Position numbers and translations under genes: made by a program. A stretch of 64,000 nucleotides of DNA, from contig CAVOKF010000003.1 in NCBI GenBank assembly GCA_963696385.1, forward strand, positions 352,001 to 416,000, written 5' to 3'. The DNA is from an uncultured delta proteobacterium. Lineage in GTDB: Bacteria; Myxococcota_A; Polyangia; Polyangiales; Polyangiaceae. Each line of letters opens with the position of its first letter. Within the stretch, counting starts at the first letter, position 1. A model generated the notes under the pieces. The model was given only the letters and a program-made list of their open reading frames with translations. It was not told the origin of the DNA and did not search any database. Positions 19,808-29,677 of this stretch are shown in pieces.

Positions 19808-20905
19808 ATGGACGCACGCTGTCAGCAAGCGCAGGAGTTGCGACGCCAGATCGAGTGGAACCTGGCGCGGGCCGTCGATCCGAATGACGTCCTTCCCATG
19901 TTGCACCGCCTTGCGCGTATGGCGGCCGACGGTACCGACGAAAGCTCCTTCGCCAATATCCATCTCGCCGAGCTTCTCGTCGAGCGCCACCCGTGGCGCG
20001 CGGCCCTCTGCGCGCGCCGGGTCGTGGCTCACCGCGACGACAATCGGGCATGGGCGACGCTGGCGCTGTGTCAAACGATTCTGGGCCACTACAAGTTTGG
20101 CGTCGCGGCATACCAACGCGCCTTGGCGAGCGCACCGAACAATCCGTGGTACGCGCACAACCTCGGGCATCTTCTCGACGTGGCGCTCGATCGGCCGCGT
20201 GATGCGGTCGCTTGGCTGAAGCGGGCTTACGAGGGCGCGCCGCAAAGCGGCGAGGTCGCGGCCAGCTACGCGCACGCGCTCGCGCGCGCTGGAGAGCTCG
20301 TTGTAGCCCGACGAGTGTTGACGAAAGCCATGAAGCGAAGAGCCTCGCGCGAACATGCGGCGCTTCTGAAGTGGCTCGAGCTCGGAGCACCACTCGACAA
20401 AGACCACCCGCTTCCGAGACCCGCGCCCGTGCATGCCATGGCGTTGCGCGGTCGCGGCGACGCCGGCTCGGCGCGTCGCGAGGGCCCCGTATCCGCAGGC
20501 AACCGTAGCAAGGGCGATGCGCGAACGCCGTCCCACACACGCTCATTTCGGCCCCCGTCACTGGCCGACTTGGAAGGCATCCTGGCGCGCGGAATGGGCA
20601 ACCTCCCTCTGGACGCCCGGCAGCGCGCGCGCGCCAAAGCGCTCGCGCGCGACGCGACCGCGTACTTCTCGCCCGCTGGCGCCGTTCGCACCTCGAGTCG
20701 GCCTCCTCGAGCCGGCGGGGATGCCATCGCTGCCGCCGTGGCATACGCGATCGTCTACGTCGATCACGTGCCGTTGTCGCAGGCTGAGGTCGCAGCCTGC
20801 TTCCGCGTCGGTGTCGCGAGCTTGCGCGTCCGCTTCGGCGAGCTTCGCGCTTACCTCGACCTGACTCCGGGAGACGCGCGTTACGCCACCCTTCGACGGG
20901 GCTGA
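19808..20905 (+). CDS. TPR protein with C-terminal TFIIB/cyclin-like helical (HTH) domain
   Basis: TPRs (AYQRALASAPNNPWYAHNLG); C-terminus AIAAAVAYAIVYVDHVPLSQAEVAACFRVGVASLRVRFGELRAYLDL. Confidence 0.75.
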   Translation: MDARCQQAQELRRQIEWNLARAVDPNDVLPMLHRLARMAADGTDESSFANIHLAELLVERHPWRAALCARRVVAHRDDNRAWATLALCQTILGHYKFGVAAYQRALASAPNNPWYAHNLGHLLDVALDRPRDAVAWLKRAYEGAPQSGEVAASYAHALARAGELVVARRVLTKAMKRRASREHAALLKWLELGAPLDKDHPLPRPAPVHAMALRGRGDAGSARREGPVSAGNRSKGDARTPSHTRSFRPPSLADLEGILARGMGNLPLDARQRARAKALARDATAYFSPAGAVRTSSRPPRAGGDAIAAAVAYAIVYVDHVPLSQAEVAACFRVGVASLRVRFGELRAYLDLTPGDARYATLRRG

Positions 20906-21059
20906 CTCGGCCCCCCCGGGCATGCCGCCGGCGGTGAACCGGCCTGCCGGGCGCGGAGACTCACCCCATCGGCCTGCGCTCGGGTCGGGCTCGAGACGGT
21001 GAGACGCCCTGGACCGAAACTCGCTGCCACCCGCGAGACTCCCCGCCCCACGACCGCCG

Positions 21060-22553
21060 TTACTGACCGGTGGGAGCCGCACTGTCCCAGCCGCTCGCAA
21101 GAGCCAAGCTGCTCATCGAGACGTTGTAGTCCATCAACGCGTAGAGGTGTTGCACGCGGGCGTTGCCATAGGCGCGCAATGCATCCGCGAAGGCGCGCTC
21201 GTCCGCGGCTCCCAGGTCAATGCTGTCCTGAACCGTGGAAATCCATCGCTTCGCGATGTGCTCGGCCTTCTCCCACGCCTCCTCGCGTCCTTTGGCTTCG
21301 ACCGTGTCGGCGTATGCCTTTTCCACTTCGTACGTGGCGTTGCCCAGCGCGAGCCGCTCGAGCGCGCGCGTCTCCTCGAGCTGCGCCTCGGCCTGCGAGA
21401 CTCGAGCGGCTTGCGGGAGCAGGTCGAGCGACCACTTCAGCCCAAAACTGAAATAATAATAAAAGTGATTGAACGGGTCGTTCGCCCATGCGTTGTTCTG
21501 CGAGACCGCGCTGGGGGTCGACACGAAGTCGGCCCCCAGACCCAGGCCGAAGTCCGGCAGCAAGCGGGCTCGGTTGTACCCCAGGGTCGCACTTCGGGCG
21601 ACCACCCCGGCTCTGGCCATGTTCACGTCGGGGCGCAGGATTCGAGCCGCCTCCAGATACTGGGCAGGCGATGCGAGCGGCCGATCCGGTCTCTTCAAGG
21701 GCTGGTCCGGAATGTCGAATTCGGTCTCGACGCCCGTCATGAAGCGCAGTGCCGCGAGTCCGTAGGCCTCGGCCTTCGGGGCCTGTAGCGACTGCGCGAG
21801 GGCCTCCTGGCGGTATTCTTCGAGCCGGAGTAGTTCGACATCGCTCACGTTGGGGTCACCCTTCGCGATCTTGTCCTTCATCGATTGAACCGCCCTGCTG
21901 AGGCGGTCAATCGCGTCCCCAATGACATCCTTCGCGTCCCGCGCGAGCTGAAGGCCATAATAGGCGCGGCGCACGTCCATGCGCATCGTTTGCCGCGACT
22001 TCTCCATGTCCCATTCCGACACACGAACATTGGCATCGGCGGCTTGTTGCAAGTCCTGGCTCTTTCCGAACGTGTACAGGGGCACGACGCCGCTCACGTT
22101 AAACTGGAAAAATGGGAGCAGACCGCTCACCCCGGTGATGTTGCGAGCACTCAAACTGCTTTGCGAGTAATCGACCGTTCCCAAAATGGGAGGCACGACG
22201 CCGAACGCGGACTGGGCGGACCATTGGAACCACGGAGTCCAGTTTGCCTCCTCGAGCTGCGCATGAGCAAACGCCAGACGCGCGCGGGCGGCCCACAAGT
22301 TTGGAAAGTGACGATCGGCAAGCGCCAAACACTCCGGCAACGTGTAGGCGTGCGGACGAATCGTCGCGGGTGCCAACGGGATCGAAGAGGGCCCCGAAGT
22401 CGCGTCGGATTCATCGGACGGCGCGGGCTTGGAAGTGGCGTACGCGGGCCGTTGCACGGGCGCCAATCCCTCGTCGCCGGCGCGGGCCGCCGACCGGTCC
22501 AGCGCAATCGAAGCGACCATGACGAAGGGGACACACCAGCGCCGCTGCATCAT
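21060..22553 (-). CDS. TolC family outer-membrane efflux protein
   Basis: Signal peptide, TLPECLALA...P, VPLYTFGK, DVRRAYYGL, RPDV, two OEP-like halves. Confidence 0.85.
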   Translation of the reverse strand: MMQRRWCVPFVMVASIALDRSAARAGDEGLAPVQRPAYATSKPAPSDESDATSGPSSIPLAPATIRPHAYTLPECLALADRHFPNLWAARARLAFAHAQLEEANWTPWFQWSAQSAFGVVPPILGTVDYSQSSLSARNITGVSGLLPFFQFNVSGVVPLYTFGKSQDLQQAADANVRVSEWDMEKSRQTMRMDVRRAYYGLQLARDAKDVIGDAIDRLSRAVQSMKDKIAKGDPNVSDVELLRLEEYRQEALAQSLQAPKAEAYGLAALRFMTGVETEFDIPDQPLKRPDRPLASPAQYLEAARILRPDVNMARAGVVARSATLGYNRARLLPDFGLGLGADFVSTPSAVSQNNAWANDPFNHFYYYFSFGLKWSLDLLPQAARVSQAEAQLEETRALERLALGNATYEVEKAYADTVEAKGREEAWEKAEHIAKRWISTVQDSIDLGAADERAFADALRAYGNARVQHLYALMDYNVSMSSLALASGWDSAAPTGQ

Positions 22554-22598
22554 CGTTGCGGCGACCTTATAACGCCGACACCCCTGGCCGCCAACGCC

Positions 22599-24155
22599 CT
22601 AGGGCAAGTCGTCTTCGGCCTTGTTTCTCTTGACCAGTCGACGGAAATTGGACCAATCGAGTCCGGCGAGACGAGCGGCTTCCGACATATTGCCCGCCGA
22701 GCGCCGCAGGAGCTCGCGCGTGTACGTGTCGTCGAACAGTGCGACCAAGCGGCGCTTGGCTTCCGCGTACGGCAGTTGCGAGAGCTCCACCAAAACGTCC
22801 GGCGCCGGCTCGGCGAGAGATCCGGCAGAATGCGCCGGGTCGCCGGCCTTCCGAGAAGTCCACGGCCGATCCGGTGCGAGCATCGCAGCAGCGTCTCGCA
22901 AGGAGGCCGAATGGCGAAGAAAGGGCAGATCGCTGGCCGAAATGACGTCCCTTTGCGCGAGAACCATCGCGTGCTCGATCGCGTGCTCTAGCTCGCGGAC
23001 ATTGCCCGGCCACTCGTATTCGTCGAGCGCCCGAACGGCATCGGGCGCCAGCCGTTTGGGTTCGCGCCCCATGCTGCGTGCGAACTTCTGCAGATAGTGA
23101 TTCGCGAGCAACAGAACGTCGTGGCCCCGCTCGCGAAGCGGCGGCAACTCAATCGCGATGACGTTCAGTCGGTAGTACAGATCCGTCCGAAACTGCCCCG
23201 CCTGAATACGACTCAGAAGGTCGACATTCGTGGCCGCGAGAACGCGGACGTCGACCGTGCGCGTCTCGTCGGCACCGACTCGCTTGATTTCACCTTCCTG
23301 AAGCACTCGGAGCAGCTTGACCTGGGCCGCGAGCGGCAAATCGCCGATCTCGTCGAGCAGGATGGTGCCGCCATCGGCCGTTTCGAACAGACCCGCGCGC
23401 GCCGATTGCGCACCCGTAAACGCCCCGCGCACGTGCCCGAAGAGCTCCGATTCGACTAGCTCCCTGGGAATACCGCCACAGTTGACGGCGACAAACGGCT
23501 TCTTGGCGCGAGGGCTCTGTTGGTGAATGGCGCGAGCGACGAGTTCCTTGCCCGTGCCGCTTTCTCCGAGAATCAGCACGGTCGACGCCGTCGGGGCGAC
23601 GCCCTCGAGCAGCCGATACATTTCGAGCATTTTCGGTGAATCGCCGATGATCTCCCCGAAGCGCTCCTTCGAGAGAAGGACTTGCTCGAGTTGACGCGCC
23701 CGATCGGCCAACCGTCGGTGCTCGGCGGCACGTTGTACCGCATGAGCCACCGCGTCGTTCGAGTGAAATGGCTTCGTGAGGAAGTGGTAGGCACCCGCCT
23801 TCATCGCGGAAACGGCCGCGTCGACGTCTGCAAAGGCGGTCATGAGAATCACCTCGACCGCGGCGCCACTGGCCTTGATGCGAGCGAGCAGCTCCAGACC
23901 GCCGAGCCCCGGCATCATCATGTCGACGAGGGCCACGTCCGGCGGCGATCGCTCGACATATTCGAGTGCATGTTCGCCATCCTCGGCGACACCGACTCTC
24001 ATGCCGCGTGCATCGAGCACGCGCGCGAGACTTCTGCGAAGTGCGGGCTCGTCGTCCACGACCAAAACGTGAACGACGCCCGCGTCCTCTGTGAGAGGAG
24101 GCGGCGCAGCACTGATCGTGAGAACGGGAGATGGCACAGGGCCGGGGGCTGTCAC
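22599..24155 (-). CDS. Sigma54-dependent response regulator (NtrC family)
   Basis: REC (VLVVDDE, DMMMP, KPF), GESGTGKE, GAFTGA, LLDEIG, WPGNVRELEH, Fis-type HTH; GTG 24155 right after the mutY stop. Confidence 0.95.
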   Translation of the reverse strand: MTAPGPVPSPVLTISAAPPPLTEDAGVVHVLVVDDEPALRRSLARVLDARGMRVGVAEDGEHALEYVERSPPDVALVDMMMPGLGGLELLARIKASGAAVEVILMTAFADVDAAVSAMKAGAYHFLTKPFHSNDAVAHAVQRAAEHRRLADRARQLEQVLLSKERFGEIIGDSPKMLEMYRLLEGVAPTASTVLILGESGTGKELVARAIHQQSPRAKKPFVAVNCGGIPRELVESELFGHVRGAFTGAQSARAGLFETADGGTILLDEIGDLPLAAQVKLLRVLQEGEIKRVGADETRTVDVRVLAATNVDLLSRIQAGQFRTDLYYRLNVIAIELPPLRERGHDVLLLANHYLQKFARSMGREPKRLAPDAVRALDEYEWPGNVRELEHAIEHAMVLAQRDVISASDLPFLRHSASLRDAAAMLAPDRPWTSRKAGDPAHSAGSLAEPAPDVLVELSQLPYAEAKRRLVALFDDTYTRELLRRSAGNMSEAARLAGLDWSNFRRLVKRNKAEDDLP

Positions 24156-24156
24156 T

Positions 24157-25266
24157 TTAGGCAGAGCGTAAACCGCGCAGGGCAGCGTTGGCCACTTCGA
24201 GAATTTTGCGCGTGAGGGCCGCCTGCGCGCGATCGGGAAGCCGGCTCCACGCCACCGGTTCGATGGCGTCGTAGTCGGATGACGGAACCAAGAATCGGGT
24301 CTGTCGACCAAGCGCCCCGTTGTGCACCTGCACCTTCATTCGCCGATGCGATAGTACGTGCACAACCTCACCGGCCCATTCGAGGTCGTCTCGGGTCCGT
24401 CCAAGCCGAGCGGCCAGCGGCTCGAGTTTGCCGTCGGTCGTCGGTGGTTCCCATAGGCCACCAAAAAGCGTGTCCACACGTCGGCGCGCAAGGAGCACCG
24501 CTCTTTTGGATGCGAGTACAATCGCCACGCGCTCCACGGTCCGAGGGCGCCGTTTGGCACCGACTCGGCGCGGAAGTTCGTGGACAGCATCCTGCGTTCG
24601 CGCCATGCATGCGTCGCGAACCGGGCAGTCGCCGCACTTGGGGGCGCGTGGAAGGCAGACCGTCGCTCCGAGCTCCATCAGCGCTTGGTTCCAATCGCCC
24701 GGATCGCAAGGGCCTTCCGAAATCAGGCCTTCGGCGATTTGCCATAGACGCAAGCGTACGGCAGAACTCTTGACGTCGCCCTCGATGGCGTAGATGCGAA
24801 TGAGCACTCGGGCGACATTGCCGTCGACGACGGCCGCCCGCCGTCCAAATGCAATGCTCGCAATGGCTCCTGCCGTGTACGCCCCGACCCCGTTCAAGCG
24901 ACGTAGCTGCTCGGCCTCTGCCGGAAGACGGCCTGCGTGTTCGCTCGCCACACGCTTTGCCGCCACGTGGAACATGCGCGCGCGGCGGTAGTAGCCAAGC
25001 CCACTCCACAGGGTGAGCACCCGCTCCTCCGGCGCCTCGGCGAGCGCCTGGATGGTTGGAAACTCGCGCAGAAAGCGCTCGTAATAGGGGATGACCGTGT
25101 CGACGCGAGTCTGCTGCAGCATGACCTCGCTGAGCCATACGGCGTACGGGTCCCGCGTTTGTCGCCACGGCAGTGGTCGCCGGGATTCGACGTACCATGC
25201 GACGAGACGGGCTTGCAGAACGCGCACGAGGGCGCGGTCCAGCTTCTGAGGCTCAACGCACGACAT
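24157..25266 (-). CDS. mutY: A/G-specific adenine glycosylase
   Basis: WLSEVMLQQT, WSGLGYY, GVGAYTA, VDGNV, CLPRAPKCGDCPVRDAC. Confidence 0.96.
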   Translation of the reverse strand: MSCVEPQKLDRALVRVLQARLVAWYVESRRPLPWRQTRDPYAVWLSEVMLQQTRVDTVIPYYERFLREFPTIQALAEAPEERVLTLWSGLGYYRRARMFHVAAKRVASEHAGRLPAEAEQLRRLNGVGAYTAGAIASIAFGRRAAVVDGNVARVLIRIYAIEGDVKSSAVRLRLWQIAEGLISEGPCDPGDWNQALMELGATVCLPRAPKCGDCPVRDACMARTQDAVHELPRRVGAKRRPRTVERVAIVLASKRAVLLARRRVDTLFGGLWEPPTTDGKLEPLAARLGRTRDDLEWAGEVVHVLSHRRMKVQVHNGALGRQTRFLVPSSDYDAIEPVAWSRLPDRAQAALTRKILEVANAALRGLRSA

Positions 25267-27275
25267 CGTATTCGAGCCGGAACTCGCCCTGGTCGTTCGA
25301 GGATTGAGCGTCGACGACAACCCAGTAGGTGCCCGCCTCGAGCATCCGTACGACCGAGGTGCGATGGTTCGCGTCCGCATCCGACGCGCACGCTATTTCT
25401 AGCGGAGGCGCCCCGACGACATCGGAGCACGCCTTGCGAAGAGCGACGACAGCGTCGAACGTCTTGGCGGTCGCCGTGACGCGAATCTTGGAGACCGTCG
25501 GAACCACGAACTCGAACACCCGATCCGGACCGCTGCCGGCCCCGTCGGCCGCGACGCATGCCGTCGTAAAGTCGTCCGAAGCCCCGGCGGTGGTTCCGAC
25601 GACCGGGCGACCGGCGCGGAGTCTCGGCACGTGCGAACACGCCACCGCCTGTCCCGATAGAATCGTGCAACGCCCAGTGCATCGAGAAGCGTCCAAGCGC
25701 GTTCGGGCTCTCGCCGTCCACGGCGACGTAGAGCGTGCCCGGTGCCACCACTTCGTCCATCAATCGGCCGCACGCAAGCTCGGTGGTGCGATCCCCGCAG
25801 TGGCGCCAGGCGACAAGAACGTGCGGCGCTTCCTCGCCGTCCAGGGACGCTACGACGCGCGACTTATGCGGCACGTCGAGACGGTAGACGACGTCGGGCG
25901 CGCCGGTCCCTCCGCAACTGCCGGCAACGTCGTCGCGGGCGGTGAACGTGTCCCCTTCGACGACGCCCGATCCGTTGCCCGCGAGCGGGGCGGCATCGCC
26001 GCACCCGTCGTTGTTCGTGCCCGTTCCGGTGAGCGGCGCAGTCTGCAGAAGGAGTGTGAAGCGCCCTGCCGTCCCCTGCTCGCGCGCATCGGCGAAGACG
26101 GAGTAGTCGCCCGGATCCATGACGCCCGTCGCAGTCGCATCGCCCGCGACCGCTCCGGACTCGCTGCACGCAACCTCGCTCTCCTCGTCAGCACAGGCCC
26201 TACGCAGGTGCACCACGGGCGCCATGTCATCCGAGTGTTCGACAACACGCACGCGCGATCGGTCTGCCAGCTCGGCGCGCCACACGGCCTCCGCGCCCTC
26301 AGCGCCGCCTCCGCAACTCGCTTGCGCGTCATCCGCCAACCCCCAAGTCGTTCCGGTTTGAGTGGTCCCCTCGACCAGCAGTGGCGCGCCGGCGCACATG
26401 TCCACCCGTGACAGGAAATCGGTCTCGGCCACCGTCAACTTGAACGCGCCCGCTTCGTGACCGTACCCATCGACGAAGACGAAGTATCGGCCGGGCTCCA
26501 GCACCCTTTCGATACGTGACCGGGTTCGATCGGGCGCGTCGTCGTTGCAATCGATTTCAGCGTTCGCGTCCGTGCAGTCGTCTTTTCGAATGTAGAGCAT
26601 CGAGTCGAAATGGGCTTCGACTTCGATGGTCACCCGTTGTCGCCGCACGATATCGAGCTCGTAGACGAGCTCCCGCGAATCGCTCGGTCCGCACGAGCCC
26701 GAATGCTCGTGCCGACCGTGGGTGGTGGACCCCGTGACGACGCCGGGCGACAGCGGGATGGGCGCATCGCACGTACCGTTTGCCTCCTGGGGCGATGCCG
26801 CTTCGGCGCGCGCGGCCGGCGCCGTGGCCCCGTCGCCCCCGGCCCACGTTCCCACCACCCACGAGCCGGCGCCCGCCGCGGCCCTCACGACGAGTGTGTA
26901 CGTGTCGGTCGAGTCGAGACACACGCGAAGAGCCGCCTGCGGCTCGTCGGTCGTATCGTGGGCCAAAGGCGCTCCTCGTGGGTCCAGAAGCGTCGTGTCG
27001 AGATTTCGAAGACCGTCACCGCCTATCGCGACGATCGTGACGCATCCGGCGGGCAGCGTCACCGACGTCCGCGTCTCTTTTCCTTCGCGCAGGCTGCCCT
27101 CAAGAATGGGTCCCACTTGCGCGAGGCCCATGGCGGACAGCGTGTTGTGTACGGCCACGAATCTCGCGTCGAGCGGCCCCCTGCGCCCTTGGGAAACGGT
27201 GCATGCCACCGAGGACGCAGAACCGATCAGTGCAACGAAGGCGCCGAACTGCAAGAAGCGCCGAATGCGCGACAT
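25253..27275 (-). CDS. Secreted/lipoprotein with about five tandem PPC-like beta-sandwich domains; one apparent +1 frameshift at 25660-25664
   Basis: Signal ending SSVAC; recurring C..A..L...GxT...SC.....xVY...EIxC...LxPGxYxVxVD units; joins to 673 aa. Confidence 0.75.
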
Positions 27276-27303
27276 CAAGCTACGGCCCACCGCTCGACGC
27301 GCT

Positions 27304-28674
27304 CTAGACCAAGTCGAGCAGCAAACGTTCCGGCTGCTCAAGTGTGCCGATGACGTCGTACGCAAATGCCGCGCCGACGTGCCCATCGACGACGCGATGA
27401 TCGAACGACAGCGACAGGAGCATCACGTCGCCGACGACGATCTGTCCCGCCTTCACAACCGGACGTGGCTTGATCCGATGCACCCCCAAAATGGCGACCT
27501 CCGGAAAATTGACAATCGGCGTTGCGAGCAAACCTCCTTGAGCCCCCAGCGACGTAATGGTGAACGTGGATCCCTGCAGATCTTCCAGCCTGGCTTTTCC
27601 CGTCCTGGCTTCGTCCGCAAGCCGTTCGATTTCTCGTGCGATTTCCAAAACGCTTTTCTTGTCGGCGTCCTTCACAACCGGGACGACGAGCCCCGCGTCG
27701 GTCGCCGTTGCAATGCCGATGTTGTAGTATTTGCGGAGTACGATTTCCTGCGTCGTCTCGTCCACGACCGCGTTGAGCATGGGGTGCCTTTTGAGGGAGG
27801 CGACGACGGCCTTCACCACGAAAGGCAGAAAATTCAGGCGAACGCCTTGGTCGTGCGCGGCGCTCACCAGGCGCTCGCGAACCCTCTTCAGCTCCGTCGC
27901 ATCGCATTCCTCGACGAACGTGAAGTGAGCTGCGGTAGAGGTTGCAAGCGCCATCTTTTGCGCGATCTTCTTACGCAACCCGACGAGAGGAACGCGCTCC
28001 TCGATGCCGGCACGGCGCCCGGCATCGCCCGGCGGCGCAACGACGCGTCCCGGCCCGCGCAAGGCTCGACCGGCAACTCGCCCGGACGGTGCGGCCTGCA
28101 CACGAACGAACCCCTCGACGTCCTGCTTGGTGACACGGCCCTGGGGGCCCGTTGGGGGCACGCCCCGAAGGTCGATGTTCATGTCGCGCGCCAGCTTTCG
28201 CGTGGCCGGCGTCGCAAGCGGCCTTTCATTGAAATAGGCCTGCGCGGCCGAGGCGGACCCGGGCCCAAGAGCTCTGCGCGCGGGCACTCCCGGCAACGAC
28301 TCGCGGATGTCGCCAACCACCGTGGCGGCGGGGTCTTCGTCCCGAGCGCTGTGCGAAGTCGCGCCGTTCGGCTGCGTCGTCGGGCTCTCGCTACGGCTTG
28401 CCGGGCCTCGGGCGTCGACGGTCGGCACCGGACTCTGCAGGTCGAACACAACGAGGACCCCATGCACGGGAACGGTCTCACCGACACGGCCGCGGGTCTC
28501 GAGCACCGTACCGGCTTTGGGTGCGGTGATCGTGACCGTCGCCTTGTCGGTCATGACCTCAACGACCGATTGATCCTCGGCGACGACATCGCCCGGCTCG
28601 ACCCGCCAGGCCACGATTTCTCCTTCAGTAACGCCCTCGCCGATGTCCGGCAGCTTGAATTCCCAACGCGGCAA
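27304..28674 (-). CDS. 2-oxoacid dehydrogenase E2 (dihydrolipoamide acyltransferase)
   Basis: Lipoyl site VMTDKA, ATPATRKLA E1/E3-binding domain, DHRVVDG. Confidence 0.95.
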   Translation of the reverse strand: MPRWEFKLPDIGEGVTEGEIVAWRVEPGDVVAEDQSVVEVMTDKATVTITAPKAGTVLETRGRVGETVPVHGVLVVFDLQSPVPTVDARGPASRSESPTTQPNGATSHSARDEDPAATVVGDIRESLPGVPARRALGPGSASAAQAYFNERPLATPATRKLARDMNIDLRGVPPTGPQGRVTKQDVEGFVRVQAAPSGRVAGRALRGPGRVVAPPGDAGRRAGIEERVPLVGLRKKIAQKMALATSTAAHFTFVEECDATELKRVRERLVSAAHDQGVRLNFLPFVVKAVVASLKRHPMLNAVVDETTQEIVLRKYYNIGIATATDAGLVVPVVKDADKKSVLEIAREIERLADEARTGKARLEDLQGSTFTITSLGAQGGLLATPIVNFPEVAILGVHRIKPRPVVKAGQIVVGDVMLLSLSFDHRVVDGHVGAAFAYDVIGTLEQPERLLLDLV

Positions 28675-28702
28675 TTTGCTTACCTCGCCTTCTCTTGTCG
28701 AA

Positions 28703-29677
28703 CTAGAATCGAGCTGTTTCGAGGAGCGCCGGGAGGATCCGGCGAGCCAGCGGCAAATACGCCATTTCCAGAGCGTACGGGAAAGGCGTGTCGAATCCGC
28801 ACACCCGCGCCGGTGGCGCCTCCAGGTGGACGAACGCTCGCTCGCTCACCAACGCGACGAGCTCGGCCCCGAAGCCACACGTCTTCGGCGCCTCGTGCAC
28901 GATCACGACGCGGCCCGTCTTCTCGACGCTCGCCACGATCGCGTCGATGTCTACCGGCCATAAGGTGCGCAGATCGACGATCTCGCACTGGATACCGTGT
29001 CTGCTGGCTTCATCGGCAGCCGCAATCGCCTCGTAGAGCATCGCTCCCCATGTCAAGACGGTGAGGTCGCTTCCCGCGCGGACGACCGCGGCGCTCGCCA
29101 AGGCCACCGTATAGTCCTCGTCGGGGACGTCGCCTTTCGCGGCACGGTAGATCCGCTTTGGTTCGAAGAAAAGGACAGGGTCCGGATCTCGGATGGCCGC
29201 GAGCAGAAGCCCCTTCGCGTCATACGGATTCGATGGACAGACCACTTTGAGACCTGCCACGTGGATGAACAGCGATTCGGGGGACTGCGAATGGTACATC
29301 CCGCCGCGAATGCCTCCACCGACCGGCGCGCGCAGAACCATTTTGGCGGGGTACTCGCCCCCCGAGCGATACCGGAGCTTTGCCAGCTCGCTGACGAGTT
29401 GATCGAAGGCCGGATAGATGAAATCGGCGAACTGGATTTCCGGTACGGGAACGAGCCCGTAGAGAGCCATGCCAATCGCGGTACCGACGATACCCCCCTC
29501 GGAGAGAGGCGTATCGATGACCCTGTCTTCGCCGAACTCGTCCCACAGGCCTTGGGTGACACGGAAAACGCCTCCGGCGCGTCCGACGTCTTCACCCAGG
29601 ATGACGACGCGGTCGTTGCGGCGCATCTCGTGGCGAAGCGCGTCGTTGAGCGCTTGAACCATCGTTTTCTCCGTCAC
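28703..29677 (-). CDS. 2-oxoacid dehydrogenase E1 beta subunit (BCKDH/PDH type)
   Basis: GEDVG..GGVFR, DTPLSE, EIQFADF, YHSQSPE. Confidence 0.95.
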   Translation of the reverse strand: MTEKTMVQALNDALRHEMRRNDRVVILGEDVGRAGGVFRVTQGLWDEFGEDRVIDTPLSEGGIVGTAIGMALYGLVPVPEIQFADFIYPAFDQLVSELAKLRYRSGGEYPAKMVLRAPVGGGIRGGMYHSQSPESLFIHVAGLKVVCPSNPYDAKGLLLAAIRDPDPVLFFEPKRIYRAAKGDVPDEDYTVALASAAVVRAGSDLTVLTWGAMLYEAIAAADEASRHGIQCEIVDLRTLWPVDIDAIVASVEKTGRVVIVHEAPKTCGFGAELVALVSERAFVHLEAPPARVCGFDTPFPYALEMAYLPLARRILPALLETARF

